From the NCBI GenBank assembly GCA_036507075.1, contig DASXQR010000152.1:64001-128000 (forward strand): DNA of 64,000 bases, given 5' to 3'. Position numbers and translations under genes: made by a program. Numbering within the stretch: the stretch's first letter is position 1; every line of letters begins with the position of its first letter. Source of the DNA: Acidobacteriota bacterium. GTDB taxonomy: Bacteria > Acidobacteriota > UBA6911 > JACQSX01. Below the pieces are notes generated by a model. It worked only from the letters and a program-made list of their open reading frames with translations, searched no databases and had not been told where the DNA came from. Positions 43,780 to 55,286 of this stretch are shown in pieces.

Positions 43780-44757
43780 CTATTGACGTCGCACTAATTT
43801 TGCGTCTCCGTAATTCGACTCTGCCCAGAGCCATCGATGCTTGTCGGGATCGCGCGAGATTTCCAGCGCGATTTCAAACGCCGCCTCTCCGGGAGAAGTC
43901 GCCGGCTTTCGGATTTTCATGCGCGGAAAACGGCGCTTGATATGACGGAAGAAACGCCGGCGGACTGTTTCGCTTTGGAATACCTTTCCCACGTAGCCGC
44001 AGATTGTGTTCTGGATTCCCAGATTCAAAATCACCCGCTCGGCGATTTCAAAGAGATCGTCTGCGGCGTCCGCGAGAAGCTTTCGACACTGCGGATCTTT
44101 TTTAACACCCTGGTCGACGAGCTTCGACAGGTGCCCGATTGCCACCTTGTCGAAGCTTCCCTCATAGACAAAATCATGCAGGGCCCGCACGTTGGGCGCC
44201 TTGCTTTGTTTCATGATCTGATCGGCCAGCCATCCCCATCGATCCCGCTTTTCGTGCGCCCGGAAGACATGCTTCAGCCCCGAAAGGCCGATGTCATACC
44301 CGCTTCCTTCATCGCCCAGCACATATCCCCACCCTCCGACGCGGGCAGTGCGGCTTCCTTTTTTCCCGAAGGCATTGGATCCTGAGCCGGCAATCACGAT
44401 CATTCCGTCCTTTCCTGCCGTCACGCTCCAGAGGGCATTGGAAGTGTCTTCGGTGATGCTCAGGCTGTCAAAGTCGAAGAGCTCATTGAGAATCGGCTCG
44501 CGCAGGGACGGACCGCCGCTCAAGCCGAAGTGCGCGGCGGCAAAAGAGGCGCGTCCCGCTTTCAAACCCGCCTTCTCAAGCGCCCCATAGATGGAGACTT
44601 TCATGGCGCCCCGAAACCGTTCCGGACCTCCCGGTTCCTGGATGTGATTACTCGGACCGGCGTGCCCTGTGGCGAGAATCCGCCCGGAAGCATCTCCCAG
44701 CACCGCTTCCGTGTGCGACTGGCCGCCGTCAACTCCCAGGATGAGCTGAACTGACAT
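43780..44757 (-). CDS. BadF/BadG/BcrA/BcrD-type ATPase, N-acetylglucosamine kinase-like
   Basis: LGVDGGQSHT, IAGSGS, GGWGYVLGDEGSGY; adjacent to nanE. Confidence 0.88.
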   Translation of the reverse strand: MSVQLILGVDGGQSHTEAVLGDASGRILATGHAGPSNHIQEPGGPERFRGAMKVSIYGALEKAGLKAGRASFAAAHFGLSGGPSLREPILNELFDFDSLSITEDTSNALWSVTAGKDGMIVIAGSGSNAFGKKGSRTARVGGWGYVLGDEGSGYDIGLSGLKHVFRAHEKRDRWGWLADQIMKQSKAPNVRALHDFVYEGSFDKVAIGHLSKLVDQGVKKDPQCRKLLADAADDLFEIAERVILNLGIQNTICGYVGKVFQSETVRRRFFRHIKRRFPRMKIRKPATSPGEAAFEIALEISRDPDKHRWLWAESNYGDAKLVRRQ

Positions 44758-44765
44758 ACGTAATT

Positions 44766-44826
44766 TTCACCACCAAGACACGAAGGCACCAAGCTTCCTT
44801 TGGTGTCTTGGTGTCTTTGTGGTGAT
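44766..44826. repeat. CACCACCAAGACAC inverted-repeat element
   Basis: Read directly. Confidence 0.85.
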
Positions 44827-44894
44827 TATTGGCTGAAATTTTCTCCACCGTCGATATATCATAATTCGCGGTATTTCCCGATCCGAGGACTCCC

Positions 44895-45485
44895 ATGCTT
44901 AGCCGATTCAGGTGGTATGCACTAACGATCATCGTCACGATATCGGCGGTTTCGTTCACTCTGATTTATTCGCAGAATCAGGATCGAGACCGGGCCGGGC
45001 CGGTATTTCAGGGGAAAGAAACGCTGCTGCGGCCTGTCGGCTATCGGGAATGGGTATTTGTAGGAAGCTCGCTGGGACTTCGCTACGCCCCGGATCCGGA
45101 AGCGGCCTCAAAACGACCCGAGCTGTATCACAATGTCTACATCAATCCACGCTCCTATCGCGAGTTTGTTAAAACTGGAAAATTTCCCGACGGAACAATG
45201 ATGGTGTTGGAACTGGCCGGCAAGGAATCAAAACACGAACCGGGGCTGCAGGGTTCCTTTCAGAAGGAATACGTCGCGCTGGAGGCTTCCGTAAAAGACA
45301 GCAAGCGATTCCCCACCGGTTGGGCTTACTTCAGTTTTGATTCCAGCGATGGGAAACAGAAGGCGAGCGCAGAACCCTTTTCGGCCGAGGAATGTTTTTC
45401 CTGCCACGACAAGAAGGCCGCCACCGATCACGTCTTTACGCAATTTTATCCCGTACTCCGCGCCGCGCGGCCTGCACAACCCTAA
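44895..45485 (+). CDS. Cytochrome P460 family protein
   Basis: Signal peptide, YREWVFVGS, FPDGTMMV, KDSKRF, GWAYF, C-terminal CFSCH, VFTQFYPVL. Confidence 0.85.
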   Translation: MLSRFRWYALTIIVTISAVSFTLIYSQNQDRDRAGPVFQGKETLLRPVGYREWVFVGSSLGLRYAPDPEAASKRPELYHNVYINPRSYREFVKTGKFPDGTMMVLELAGKESKHEPGLQGSFQKEYVALEASVKDSKRFPTGWAYFSFDSSDGKQKASAEPFSAEECFSCHDKKAATDHVFTQFYPVLRAARPAQP

Positions 45486-45509
45486 GCCGCAGTGCTGCAA
45501 AGCAGCGCT

Positions 45510-45629
45510 CAGTACCGCGATCCGTCAGGTCGTGGCGCTCCAGCTTGTCGAGTCATCTACCAGGCCGCCGCAGGTTCCACATCCAGAGCTTCAACTCCGG
45601 CTCGCCGCAACCTGACGGATGCGGTACTG
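45510..45629. repeat. REPIN-like inverted pair CAGTACCGCGATCCGTCAGGT
   Basis: Read directly; same family as 46793-46939. Confidence 0.8.
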
Positions 45630-45674
45630 CGGTCAGCTTCCCGACCAATCCATTAACTCGACAATCACCTCGGC

Positions 45675-46691
45675 TCACGGTCGCTTCTTTCCCAGTAACC
45701 CGGCAAGCGCATTGATCGAGCCGACCATTTCTTCAAATTGGGCGGGCAGCAGCGCCTGCGGGCCGTCACACAGGGCTTCCAGGGGGTTGGGGTGAACTTC
45801 GACCATTATTCCGTCGGCCCCGACGGCCGCACCCGCCCGGGCCAGCGGGACGACCTTCTTGCGATCGCCGGCGCCGTGGCTCGGGTCGACAATCACGGGC
45901 AAATGACTCAATTCCCGAATAGCGGGAATCACGCTCAGGTCGAGCGTGAAGCGGCTGTGATCGGAGAAAGTGCGCACGCCCCTCTCGCACAAAACGACCT
46001 GGTAGTTGCCTTCCGACATCAGATATTCGGCCGACATCAGCCATTCTTCCATCGTGGCCGACATTCCGCGTTTGAGCACCACCGGGCGGCCGCACTGTCC
46101 CGCCTCCTTTAACAGTGAAAAGTTCTGCATGTTGCGCGCGCCGATCTGCACCGCGTCCGCCTGCCTGGCAACCAGTTCCAGGCTGCGCTCGTTCATGGCT
46201 TCAGTGACAAAGGGCAAACCGGTCTCTTCGCGTGCCTCGACCAGCAGCTTGAGGCCCTCTTCTCCCAGACCTTGAAAGCTATATGGCGAAGTCCTCGGTT
46301 TGAAGGCGCCACCGCGGAGGATGTTGGCGCCGTGTTGTTTGACCAGGCGCGCTGTCGCCAGCAACTGCTGCCGCGTTTCCACGGCGCAAGGCCCTGCAAT
46401 CACCGTAAAGTGGCCGCCGCCGATGGGCACGCCGCCGATCTTGACGACCGTATCGTCTTCCTTGATCTCGCGGCTCACCAGCTTGAACGGTTTGGAGACG
46501 GGAATGGCCTGGCGCACGCCGGGCAGCATCTCGAATATTTTCGGGTCAAGCGGCCCTGGGTTCCCGGTGATTCCGATCGCGGTGCGCTGCGCCCCGGGCA
46601 TGCAGTGCGCTTCAAAACCCATGGCGCGAATTTTCGCCACCACGCGATCCACATCCTGCTGCGTGGCATGCAGGTCCATGGCGATCAACAT
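45675..46691 (-). CDS. aroF: DAHP synthase type I-beta with N-terminal regulatory domain
   Basis: [37 protein letters not shown]. Confidence 0.95.
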   Translation of the reverse strand: MLIAMDLHATQQDVDRVVAKIRAMGFEAHCMPGAQRTAIGITGNPGPLDPKIFEMLPGVRQAIPVSKPFKLVSREIKEDDTVVKIGGVPIGGGHFTVIAGPCAVETRQQLLATARLVKQHGANILRGGAFKPRTSPYSFQGLGEEGLKLLVEAREETGLPFVTEAMNERSLELVARQADAVQIGARNMQNFSLLKEAGQCGRPVVLKRGMSATMEEWLMSAEYLMSEGNYQVVLCERGVRTFSDHSRFTLDLSVIPAIRELSHLPVIVDPSHGAGDRKKVVPLARAGAAVGADGIMVEVHPNPLEALCDGPQALLPAQFEEMVGSINALAGLLGKKRP

Positions 46692-46741
46692 GTTTGTATT
46701 ATACGAGTTGCCAGCCGAGGCGCACGCCAGATAAGGAAGCT

Positions 46742-46939
46742 CACCGCGATCCGTCAAGTCGCGGACGCGCCAGATAAGCACGCCTCACCCAACAGTACCG
46801 CGATCCGTAAGGTCGCGGCGCGCCGGAGAGGTCAGATGTGAAAAGCACGGGCAATACACAGTCGCCCCAGAGCAGTGAAAGAAGCTTACGCCGCTGTGAC
46901 ATTATCCGGGGCGCCGCGACCTTACGGATCGCGGTACTG
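46742..46939. repeat. REPIN-like CAGTACCGCGATCCGTAAGGTCGCGGCGC inverted pair plus one degenerate copy
   Basis: Arms at about 46793-46825 and 46905-46939; extra copy at 46742-46770. Confidence 0.88.
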
Positions 46940-47004
46940 CAGCCCTGAATGGCAGGCCATTTGCGCAAATCACCATGCCCATGCTACAAGAAACGTTCCT
47001 CCGG

Positions 47005-47090
47005 GCCGAAGTGGCGGAACTGGCAGACGCACCGGACTCAAAATCCGGCGAGGTTTACCCCTCGTGGGGGTTCGACTCCCCCCTTCGGCA
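47005..47090 (+). tRNA. tRNA-Leu(CAA); CCA not encoded
   Basis: GCCGAAG/CTTCGGC acceptor stem, CCGGA-CTCAAAA-TCCGG, long variable arm, GGTTCGACTCC. Confidence 0.96.
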
Positions 47091-47349
47091 TTCAAGCCAA
47101 CAACTCAGACTTGGGTACAGCCACGAGCTGACTTTAGAATCAAGCCGGAATTTCGACTCAGCGCCTCAATGAGAACGGAAATCCGGGACCGAAGCGGTGG
47201 GCGTTCCGAATGCCTGGATTACAACGCTGGGCGCGACAACCCATTGTCTGGCCGCACTTTCATGCTCAGCTATGATGAAGAGAGAGGGATAGTGTGAAAA
47301 GAAGGGCCGCGACATTTGGGTCGCTTACCGCGAAAGCGACCACCACCCA

Positions 47350-48054
47350 TGGAGTGAACCGGCGAACCTGCCCGAACCTGTGAATTCCGCGTTCGACGAC
47401 TTCTGCCCGACGCCGCTTCCCGGCGGGAGGTTGTTATTTGTGAGCAGGCGGGGAAGTAGCTGCGGAGTCAGCGCGGACATCTACCAGACACGTCTGCACC
47501 CGGTATGGGGGTGGCTCGAGCCGGAGAACCTTGGTTGCGACGTGAACAGTCCTGCCGACCAGTTCTCACCATCCTAAGTAGAGGCGGAGGGCCAAACCAT
47601 GCTGTTTTTCTCGAGCGGTCGAGAGGGTCCCCAGAATATCTACATGAGCGTGTTTCAGCCGGATGGCGGCTGGGGGCCGGCTAATCCGGTCGAAGAGTTG
47701 AACACACTCTTCAATGACGCTCGACCGAACGTCAGGAAGGATGGGCTCGAGATCGTCTTCGACTCCGATCGCCCAGCTGGCCTCGGTGGCTTCGACATCT
47801 ATTCTGCGGCACGGTCCAGCATCTTCGAGCCGTGGTCGCAACCAGAACCCCTGGGGCCCAACGTGAACTCAGCGTCGTCAGAAACCAGAGCCTCGCTTTC
47901 CCGAGACGGCAGCCGCTTGCACTTCGGCTCCAACCGCCCGGGAGGCCAGGGGAACTCCGAGATTTACATGTCCAGGCGTTCCGGACCTGGTCGCCGCCCG
48001 GGAACTGCATCCCTGCCAATCAGCAGATCGCCGAGCCCAGAGGCGGAGCGCTGA
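47350..48054 (+). pseudogene. PD40/WD40-like repeat protein, 5'-truncated with an in-frame TAA at 47575
   Basis: VNSAFDDFCPT, ENLGCDVNS, FSPS*VEAEG, LGPNVNS...SLSRDG. Confidence 0.75.
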
Positions 48055-48076
48055 GAACAGAGGAAGGAGAAAGACC

Positions 48077-49036
48077 ATGAAAGCGAAGCTATTCAAAATC
48101 AGCGGGGTGTTGGGAAGAGCCCTAGTCGGAATCATTCTTGGCCTGCTGGGCGCTGGGACGATCACTGCGCAACAAACCGTCCCGGCCGCGGGCTCCCTTG
48201 CCCAACCTACGAATGCGGCACCTGTTGTCATTCCACGGGCGACGCAGTATGACCTGCCCTCGCGAATCAACGGTCAGACCTATCGGATCATGGTCTCTCT
48301 GCCGTTCATGTTCGATCCTGCTGCGGCTTATCCGGTGCTGTACGTGCTCGACGCCAACACTATCTTTGGCATCGTGACGGACGTCGCACATTTCCAGTCG
48401 TTCGCGAAAGTCACCGCGCCAGCGATCGTCGTTGGCATAGGATACCCGACCGACGACCTTAACGAATGGGTACGCCGGAGGGCTTTGGATATGACCCCGA
48501 CTCCCTCTCCGAAGCCGGACAAAGCAGGCAAGAATGGAGGAGGCGACGCTTTCTTGCGCGTGATCGACGAAGAAGTCAAGCCATTCCTGGCGACGCGATA
48601 CAAGATAGACCGCTCCAAACAGATCATCTTCGGGTTTTCGTTGGGTGGGTTGATCGCGCTTCGCAACCTGTTTCGCAATCCAACAGCTTTTGCGACTTAT
48701 ATCCTGGCCAGCCCATCGATCTGGTGGGACAACAAGACAGTCCTCGCAGACGAGGAGGCGTTTTCGAAACGAGCCCGCTCAGGTGACTTGCTGTTGACCG
48801 TAATCCTGACTTCAGCCCGCGACGAACAATACCACGATAATGATCCGAAGCTTCTCGCAGAGGCACAGAGCGGCTCTCGCATGGTAGACAACGCCTCCGA
48901 AATCGCCGCTCGATTAACAGCGTTGAATCCGGAGAAGATCAAGGTCTTTCGAGTAATCTTTGACGGCGAAATTCACAATACGGTCACCGCAGCAGCGGTC
49001 AGCCGGGGCCTTCGTCTCGCGCTGCCGCCAAAATAG
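48077..49036 (+). CDS. Secreted alpha/beta hydrolase, IroE/BesA-like esterase
   Basis: YPVLYVLDAN, IVVGIGYP, GFSLGG nucleophile elbow, SPSIWW. Confidence 0.88.
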   Translation: MKAKLFKISGVLGRALVGIILGLLGAGTITAQQTVPAAGSLAQPTNAAPVVIPRATQYDLPSRINGQTYRIMVSLPFMFDPAAAYPVLYVLDANTIFGIVTDVAHFQSFAKVTAPAIVVGIGYPTDDLNEWVRRRALDMTPTPSPKPDKAGKNGGGDAFLRVIDEEVKPFLATRYKIDRSKQIIFGFSLGGLIALRNLFRNPTAFATYILASPSIWWDNKTVLADEEAFSKRARSGDLLLTVILTSARDEQYHDNDPKLLAEAQSGSRMVDNASEIAARLTALNPEKIKVFRVIFDGEIHNTVTAAAVSRGLRLALPPK

Positions 49037-49512
49037 ATCCGCACTGCGCCGATTTTCCGAGGACTTTGCGGACTTGGATTCACAAGGCGCCGCCGAACGA
49101 ATTAAGGATTCTTGTCGCGCGCGGTTCTGCAGTGTGTGGCACAGTTCCGAGTGGTGAGCCGCGACATAATCCTGGGTTGAACTAAATCCTCAGTGAGTTA
49201 TTTGGAAATTCAAATGGCTTTTGGAGCTCGGCTGTGCGGCATCGGCTGGTGTATTCCAGGTTGGGCACCTTTCACTGCCGCAAGCGAGTGCAATTTCCTC
49301 GCATCGTCTTCCATTTGCGCCACGCGCGGTGATTGGAAACAAGATTATGGAAGCAACGCTACTGAAAGTCCTCGACCAACATTCGCTCGTTGCCCGGGTA
49401 TGTGGGATTGCACCTGTGAAGCCGGAGCCCCGAGCCTTATAAACATGGAGGGAAGCAAAGTTTTCAGAGCGCTAACCTGTCGTCAGTTTGGCGCATGAGA
49501 CCGGAATTGGCC

Positions 49513-52500
49513 TCATCGGAAATTCTCCACCAGCATGATGTCCGACCCTTCGTTGCTTAGCTGCGCTGTTAAGAGTGACTTTCCATCCGGCGAAACACTC
49601 AGCCCTGGAAAATAAATAGAGGGGCGTCGCTGCAGGTCTGTAACATGACGGATGCGCTTCGTCGAAAACTCAAAGAAGGAGAGTGAGTTGCTCCTGTTTG
49701 TGGCAATTTGGGAAGATACAATGACGAAGTAAATGCCGGTCCTTGTGATTGTCCAATTGCCGTTACACTCCGGATCAAGATCAAACACCAGGATTTCCTG
49801 GCCGCCTCCCAAGGGCATTTTCCAGAGGCCGCGCTTTCGAAGTTTGGTGAAATAAAGATTATTATCCGGCCCTTCGATTGCGATTGTTCCGCCTCCTTCT
49901 GTAATTTGCATAGCCGGTCCGCCGCGGATCGGCATTTTCCAGATCTGATAGTCACCCGTTCGATTAGACGTAAAATAAATGTGTTTGCCATCTCGACCCC
50001 AGCTGGGAAATGCTTCGATAGATGAATCCCGAGTCAGGCGCCGGGGTTCCCTTCCTGCAACGCTGACGATGTAAATGTCTCGATTGCCTTCAGCCTCGGC
50101 GGCGTAAGCTACGGACAGATTGTCCGGTGACCACTGGGGATGGAACCCGACTTGGGTCAACTGGATCGGGTGCGAACCGTCCGCATTACAAATCCAAATG
50201 GCATGATGTCCCGACCGATTCGATGAAAAAACAATCTGCATTCCATCGGACGTATACGAAGGACCGACATCATCCAAGGTGGAGGCAATCAGAGGCGCGT
50301 CATCCCTGCTCCTTCCGCCGGTGAGACGTATTCGCCAGATATCGCTTGTATCAGCGATGAGCGTGTAAGCAAGGCGGCGACCGGCGCGCGAAATAGTGGG
50401 CCGTTGCGCCGCTTCCCCAATTAAGAAAGGCTTAGCCGATCCACCTGAAGCGGGAACGGACCAGAGACGCAAAAATTCACTCCTAACCGCTGCGCTGCTG
50501 TGGGAACGATTTGACGAGAACACGATTTCTTTACCGTCAGAACTCCAGGCGCAGCCCTCAATGTTGCTGTTGTCAAATGTGATTTGTCTCGAGTGGCCTG
50601 CAGCCACCGGCACAACAAAGAGATTCGCCTTTCCGCCTGAGGATCTACGCACGAATGCCAGCGTCTTTCCGTCTGGAGATGGAGCGGGGAATATGTCGTA
50701 GTCAAGAGGGTCGTCCGGTGCCGTTAATCGTCTTTTCTCGAGCGTATCCAGCGACAGTTGGTACAGAGAATACGGACCGGGCTCCTTTTCTCTGTCTACA
50801 TAAATCAAAGAATTGTCGCCAGGAGACCATGCCAGACCCGCATTAAGCCAAGGCTCGTTGTGCCAATTCAAAGCCTGAATCTTGCGCTCTGGTCCGCCGC
50901 CAATATCGAGCATTACAATCCCGGTCCAGTTCCTGTCCCAGCGAATGAAGGCAAGCCGCCTTCCGTCGGGTGACCAAACCGGGCAGCGATCGTTCGCCGA
51001 GTCGCCGGTTAGCCGCTGCCGTTGTCCGGTCTCGATGTTTTTTACGTAGACATCGAAATTATGCTCTTGTTCGCCATTCCAGGCGAACGCCAATTGTTTT
51101 CCGTCTGGGGAAAGGGAAGGTTCGACTTCAGAGCCGGGGTAGGTGGTAAAAGGAACCGCGTTCAGCGCCGGCAGGGTAGACAGATTGAGGCCGTCCGGCG
51201 TTCGCCGTTCTGAGTATTTCCAAAGCGCCGACACCAAAACGAAACATAGGGCGATAGATGCATAGATCCAACGTTGAGATTTTGTGGAGCGCAGCCAGAG
51301 ACGCTTCTTACCTCCGCTGCGGCTGTGGTCGAGATCCTTGACCAGCCGGTAACCTCTTGCTGATCGAGCAATGGCTTTCAACTCCGTCTTGACATCAACC
51401 GCCCATGCCCAACGCTCGTTTGGCTTCAGACCGCGCTGAACGCGCAGCAGATCCGGTTTTAAATCTGATGCGGTTTGGTAACGAAGGCGGGGGTTCTTTT
51501 GGAGCAACTTCTCGATTATGCGCGAAAGGCCGCCGGGCAGTTTGGAGTTGAGTTTCGAAGGGGGAACCGGAATCTTCTGTTCGTTCAAGATCTCTTCGAA
51601 GATTACGGCCGAAGTCGGTCCGGCGAAGGGCAGCCGCCCTGTCGCCATTTCGTACAGAACAACACCGAGAGAAAAGAGATCCGAACGCGCGTCGACTTCT
51701 TTGCCTCGCGCCTGTTCGGGTGACATGTATGCCACCGTCCCGAGAGCTATTCCAGGGCTTGACAGTGATTCCGCGCTTTCGGCGGATCGACTCTGCTCCC
51801 ACGCTTTTTTCTTATCGCCGACCAGTTTGGCTAAACCGAAATCGAGCACCTTCGCCGATCCGCGCGCTGTAATAAAGATATTGGTCGGCTTGATGTCCCG
51901 ATGGACGATGCCTCGCGCGTGGGCGGCTTCTAGTGCGTCTGTGATTTCGAGTGCATAGCGGAGAACCTCAGGGGACCGCATTGCATCGGCCCGAATATAG
52001 TGCCTGAGCGTCTGCCCTTCCAGCAGCTCCAATACCATAAATGAGCGACCCTCGAATTCCTCTACGTCATGAATGGTGCAGATATGAGGATGATTGAGGG
52101 CGGAGGCGGCGCGCGCTTCGCGGTGGAAACGCTCCAGGACCTTTGCCTCCTTGCACGAGAGGTCTAAGGAAAGAAATTTGAGCGCCACGAAGCGGTTCAG
52201 GCGAGTGTCTTCGGCTTTATAAACGATCCCCATGCCGCCCCCTCCCACTCGCTCCAATACACGATAGTGGGAGAATTGTTTCCCCAGCATCGGGTCGGAC
52301 TCAGATTCGGTCCGGAGGTTCGCGGCAAGAACATGGAGCGCTTCCGATTCGATGAAACCGAATGCTTCCGATCGATGCACTAACAGTGATTCCACTTGTC
52401 GGCGGAGCTCGGAATCACCTGCACATGCTTCGGTGAGTAATCCGTCGCGCTGCGCGCCATCAACGTCGGCAGCCGCCTGGTAAATCTCTTCGATCCTTTT

Positions 52501-52518
52501 CCACTGTTCAGCTTTCAT
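49513..52518 (-). CDS. Ser/Thr protein kinase with TM and TolB-like (PD40) beta-propeller
   Basis: [33 protein letters not shown], repeated PxWSPDG. Confidence 0.93.
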   Translation of the reverse strand: MKAEQWKRIEEIYQAAADVDGAQRDGLLTEACAGDSELRRQVESLLVHRSEAFGFIESEALHVLAANLRTESESDPMLGKQFSHYRVLERVGGGGMGIVYKAEDTRLNRFVALKFLSLDLSCKEAKVLERFHREARAASALNHPHICTIHDVEEFEGRSFMVLELLEGQTLRHYIRADAMRSPEVLRYALEITDALEAAHARGIVHRDIKPTNIFITARGSAKVLDFGLAKLVGDKKKAWEQSRSAESAESLSSPGIALGTVAYMSPEQARGKEVDARSDLFSLGVVLYEMATGRLPFAGPTSAVIFEEILNEQKIPVPPSKLNSKLPGGLSRIIEKLLQKNPRLRYQTASDLKPDLLRVQRGLKPNERWAWAVDVKTELKAIARSARGYRLVKDLDHSRSGGKKRLWLRSTKSQRWIYASIALCFVLVSALWKYSERRTPDGLNLSTLPALNAVPFTTYPGSEVEPSLSPDGKQLAFAWNGEQEHNFDVYVKNIETGQRQRLTGDSANDRCPVWSPDGRRLAFIRWDRNWTGIVMLDIGGGPERKIQALNWHNEPWLNAGLAWSPGDNSLIYVDREKEPGPYSLYQLSLDTLEKRRLTAPDDPLDYDIFPAPSPDGKTLAFVRRSSGGKANLFVVPVAAGHSRQITFDNSNIEGCAWSSDGKEIVFSSNRSHSSAAVRSEFLRLWSVPASGGSAKPFLIGEAAQRPTISRAGRRLAYTLIADTSDIWRIRLTGGRSRDDAPLIASTLDDVGPSYTSDGMQIVFSSNRSGHHAIWICNADGSHPIQLTQVGFHPQWSPDNLSVAYAAEAEGNRDIYIVSVAGREPRRLTRDSSIEAFPSWGRDGKHIYFTSNRTGDYQIWKMPIRGGPAMQITEGGGTIAIEGPDNNLYFTKLRKRGLWKMPLGGGQEILVFDLDPECNGNWTITRTGIYFVIVSSQIATNRSNSLSFFEFSTKRIRHVTDLQRRPSIYFPGLSVSPDGKSLLTAQLSNEGSDIMLVENFR

Positions 52519-52847
52519 GGAGTCGATTCGAACATTCCATTCAAATAACTCACCGGCAATATTCAATCAGCATGATTCCGAGCTCTCGTTGCTTAGTTGC
52601 GCATGACCTGCTGATGAATCTTTTCAATCAGCGCCAAGGCTCAGGGTTCACCGACATCCCGGGTTATTGATGAGAAAAGAAGCCTAGACTTAACCGTATT
52701 ATACGGGAGGTGGTCGCTAAGTCGTAACCCGGATAATTCATGAGTCTTTTTACTGCGGTAGCGGATCCGGGCATTCCGCTGGACGAGACTTCTCGACGTG
52801 TTGTCCCTGCGGGACTATGCGTCGTGGGCCTTGTATCTATATCCGTC

Positions 52848-53507
52848 TTAGCTAATCGGATCGGGCGGGGATATGTGCGGCGGCGAAGTTGACTTGCTCA
52901 GATGCCGCAACAACCAGACTTTTGACATATTCCAGTCGCGCATCACGGTTTCAGTTGAAATGTCCAGCACCGCGGCGGTTTCTTTGACGCTCAAGCCTCC
53001 GAAGAAGCGCATTTCCACGACTTTGCTTTTGCGCGCATCGAGCGTCGCAAGTTCCTCAAGAGCATCGTTAATCGCTATCAGATCGGTCTTTTTGGTTGGT
53101 GTGACGGCCAAGGCTCCGGTGATGGAAACCCTCTGCAAGTCCCCGCCGCGCTTTTGATATCTGCGCGATCGCGCAAAGTCGACCAGGATTCTCCGCATCA
53201 ACTGCGCTGAGACGGCAAGAAAATGCGCGCGGTTCTGCCAACGCACTTTACTGCTTCCCAACAGCCTCAGATAAGCCTCGTTTACCAGCGCGGTCGCCTG
53301 AAGCGTATGGCCCTGGCGCTCGCCGCGCATGTACCGTTCGGCGATCCTGTGCAATTCCCGGTACAAGAGGGGAACAAGTTCCTCGAAAGCGCCCTGGTCG
53401 CCCTGGCGCCAGGCGTGCAGTAATTGTGTGACTTCGCGCCGGCCTTCGCCGGCAGGATTCAGCCGGTCGTCTGTCGTAATCCCCTCCAGGAGCCGGCCAA
53501 AGAACAA
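52848..53507 (-). CDS. ECF sigma-70 factor of the kinase-associated type (start uncertain)
   Basis: EVTQLL, HTLQATALVNEAYLRL, NRAHF, VEMRFFGGLS, VMRDW. Confidence 0.9.
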   Translation of the reverse strand: MFFGRLLEGITTDDRLNPAGEGRREVTQLLHAWRQGDQGAFEELVPLLYRELHRIAERYMRGERQGHTLQATALVNEAYLRLLGSSKVRWQNRAHFLAVSAQLMRRILVDFARSRRYQKRGGDLQRVSITGALAVTPTKKTDLIAINDALEELATLDARKSKVVEMRFFGGLSVKETAAVLDISTETVMRDWNMSKVWLLRHLSKSTSPPHISPPDPIS

Positions 53508-53753
53508 CGATCATCCAGGTCGCGGCCAAATAACCGAAATTACCTCCCATTATAGCCGCTTAAACGCTGATTGCAGGCTGTAAACCAGCGGCGGACCGTG
53601 TGTTCCAAGAACCCACGGACCGTTGCTGACGCTCCGGCTCTGCTCCTAGTTTCATTGGCATGACAGTTTTTATCGTCCTTTCCCGCCTTCCCCACCAACA
53701 GCCACTTCACACCGGCCCGATTGGCCGGTCCGGTTGGCGGCGGGGAGGGAAAA

Positions 53754-54593
53754 ATGAAAGTCCAATTTTGGATAACACTGACACTGCTGGTACTGACAGG
53801 CAATGCAGCTCAGGCTGCAGATTCGGGCGAGATCGGTTTTAAGCTGTATAGAGGCTACATCATCGTGGTGCGCGGCTCGATTGCCGGCATGACCAATCTG
53901 AATTTTCTCGTCGACACGGGAGCCATGCCGAGCGTGATCGATGAAAGTATCGCCGACAGGCTGAAGCTTGACGGCACCAAGCTGCGATTGTCGGTTTTTA
54001 CGGCTGATGTGCAAACCAGACAAGTGGTGTTGCCTGATTTGACTATCGGCCCAGTTCAAGTCAACTCACTCCCGGTTGTCACCCGGGATCTATCGCAATT
54101 CGAAGCCGGCATTGGAACCCGGATCGATGCCATGGTCGGGAGCGACGTTTTGCAAAAGGCTGGTTTCAGCATCGATTATGAATCGAAGAAGATCAGGTTC
54201 CTTCCAGATAATGCGCCGCCATTTCGATGCTCCCGGGGAACCAGGTTGGGGTTCATCGTGACAGCACAGATAAACAACCGAGCGGTTCGACTGCTGGTCG
54301 ATACGGGCGCCAAAGACCTGATTCTGTTTCGCAGACGGATTGAGAAAGTAATCGAAGCGATCAAGGTCAACGGGAGCAAGATCTCCAGCAACATGGCGGG
54401 AGAATCGCAACTCTCGCGACTCGATCTGAAGGAAATAACGGTTGCGGGACGAACCTATCGCGTGGAAACGGCACTGGTCCTGGATACACCCGAGGACACG
54501 CTTCCTGATTTCGATGGCCTTCTGGGATTGTCTACATTAAAGATCAAACGCGTTGACTTTGCGGTCAGCGGCCAAATGACCGCGATGCAGTGA
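53754..54593 (+). CDS. Secreted retropepsin-like aspartyl protease with two domains
   Basis: Signal peptide, FLVDTGA and LLVDTGA, DGLLG. Confidence 0.88.
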   Translation: MKVQFWITLTLLVLTGNAAQAADSGEIGFKLYRGYIIVVRGSIAGMTNLNFLVDTGAMPSVIDESIADRLKLDGTKLRLSVFTADVQTRQVVLPDLTIGPVQVNSLPVVTRDLSQFEAGIGTRIDAMVGSDVLQKAGFSIDYESKKIRFLPDNAPPFRCSRGTRLGFIVTAQINNRAVRLLVDTGAKDLILFRRRIEKVIEAIKVNGSKISSNMAGESQLSRLDLKEITVAGRTYRVETALVLDTPEDTLPDFDGLLGLSTLKIKRVDFAVSGQMTAMQ

Positions 54594-54643
54594 TTACCAA
54601 TAACAGGCAGCCCGCACCCACGAGGGCGGCCGGCTATTCCCCA

Positions 54644-54890
54644 TCAACGACGGGCGAGGGAGAGCCGGAAGGCGGCCATTTCCTCGCCGTTGCGAACCAG
54701 CAGGACGTCGCGGATCAACACCGGATGGTTCCAGGTCTTGCCCTCGAGCGCCTTGAACCGGGCGACCTCCGTGAACTGGTCGGGGGTTGCCCGGACCAGC
54801 GCCAGCTCGCCCTCCTCCGACAGCACCAGCAGCAAGTCTTAATCGGGCAGTAGAACAAGCTGGCCGTTGCCGTAGCGTCCGTCCTTCTCA
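54644..54890 (-). pseudogene. 3' remnant of a PQQ-like beta-propeller protein
   Basis: [28 protein letters not shown]...GKTWNHPV...[10 protein letters not shown]; internal stop. Confidence 0.72.
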
Positions 54891-55178
54891 CCTGGCTTGG
54901 GGCGACAACCGGGACGTACCTTCAAACAAGTGCGTTTTGGAACCAGCTCTGTTCGGGCCCGATTTTAACGGAGCAAGGAATGCGAACGTGTATGTCGATC
55001 GCCTGATCGTCGCACCGTAAGAATACGGAAAGCCGTCGTTCAGGCGACCGCCTTCCAAGACGAGGCGCACCAACTAGCGGGTTGCCGCTGGCGCAGTTCA
55101 AGGGATGCGGAAGCGGTCCGTGTGCGGAAATGCGGCTGCTCACTATGGAGCTCAGAAGCCGTGAAAAAATCGAAAACT

Positions 55179-55256
55179 GCCACAAAGACACAAAGTCGCA
55201 AAGAATGAAATCAAAGACTTATCAAATGTCCTCTGTGCCTCTGTGGCTCTGTGGCC
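55179..55256. repeat. GCCACAAAGACACAAAG ... CTCTGTGGCTCTGTGGC inverted-repeat element
   Basis: Read directly. Confidence 0.75.
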
Positions 55257-55286
55257 AATTTTTTCACGGGTTCTACCTGGGGCCGC

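Noticed and set aside
49037..49512. Short ORFs between the esterase and kinase genes
   Set aside because: No recognisable motifs or RBS; left unannotated.
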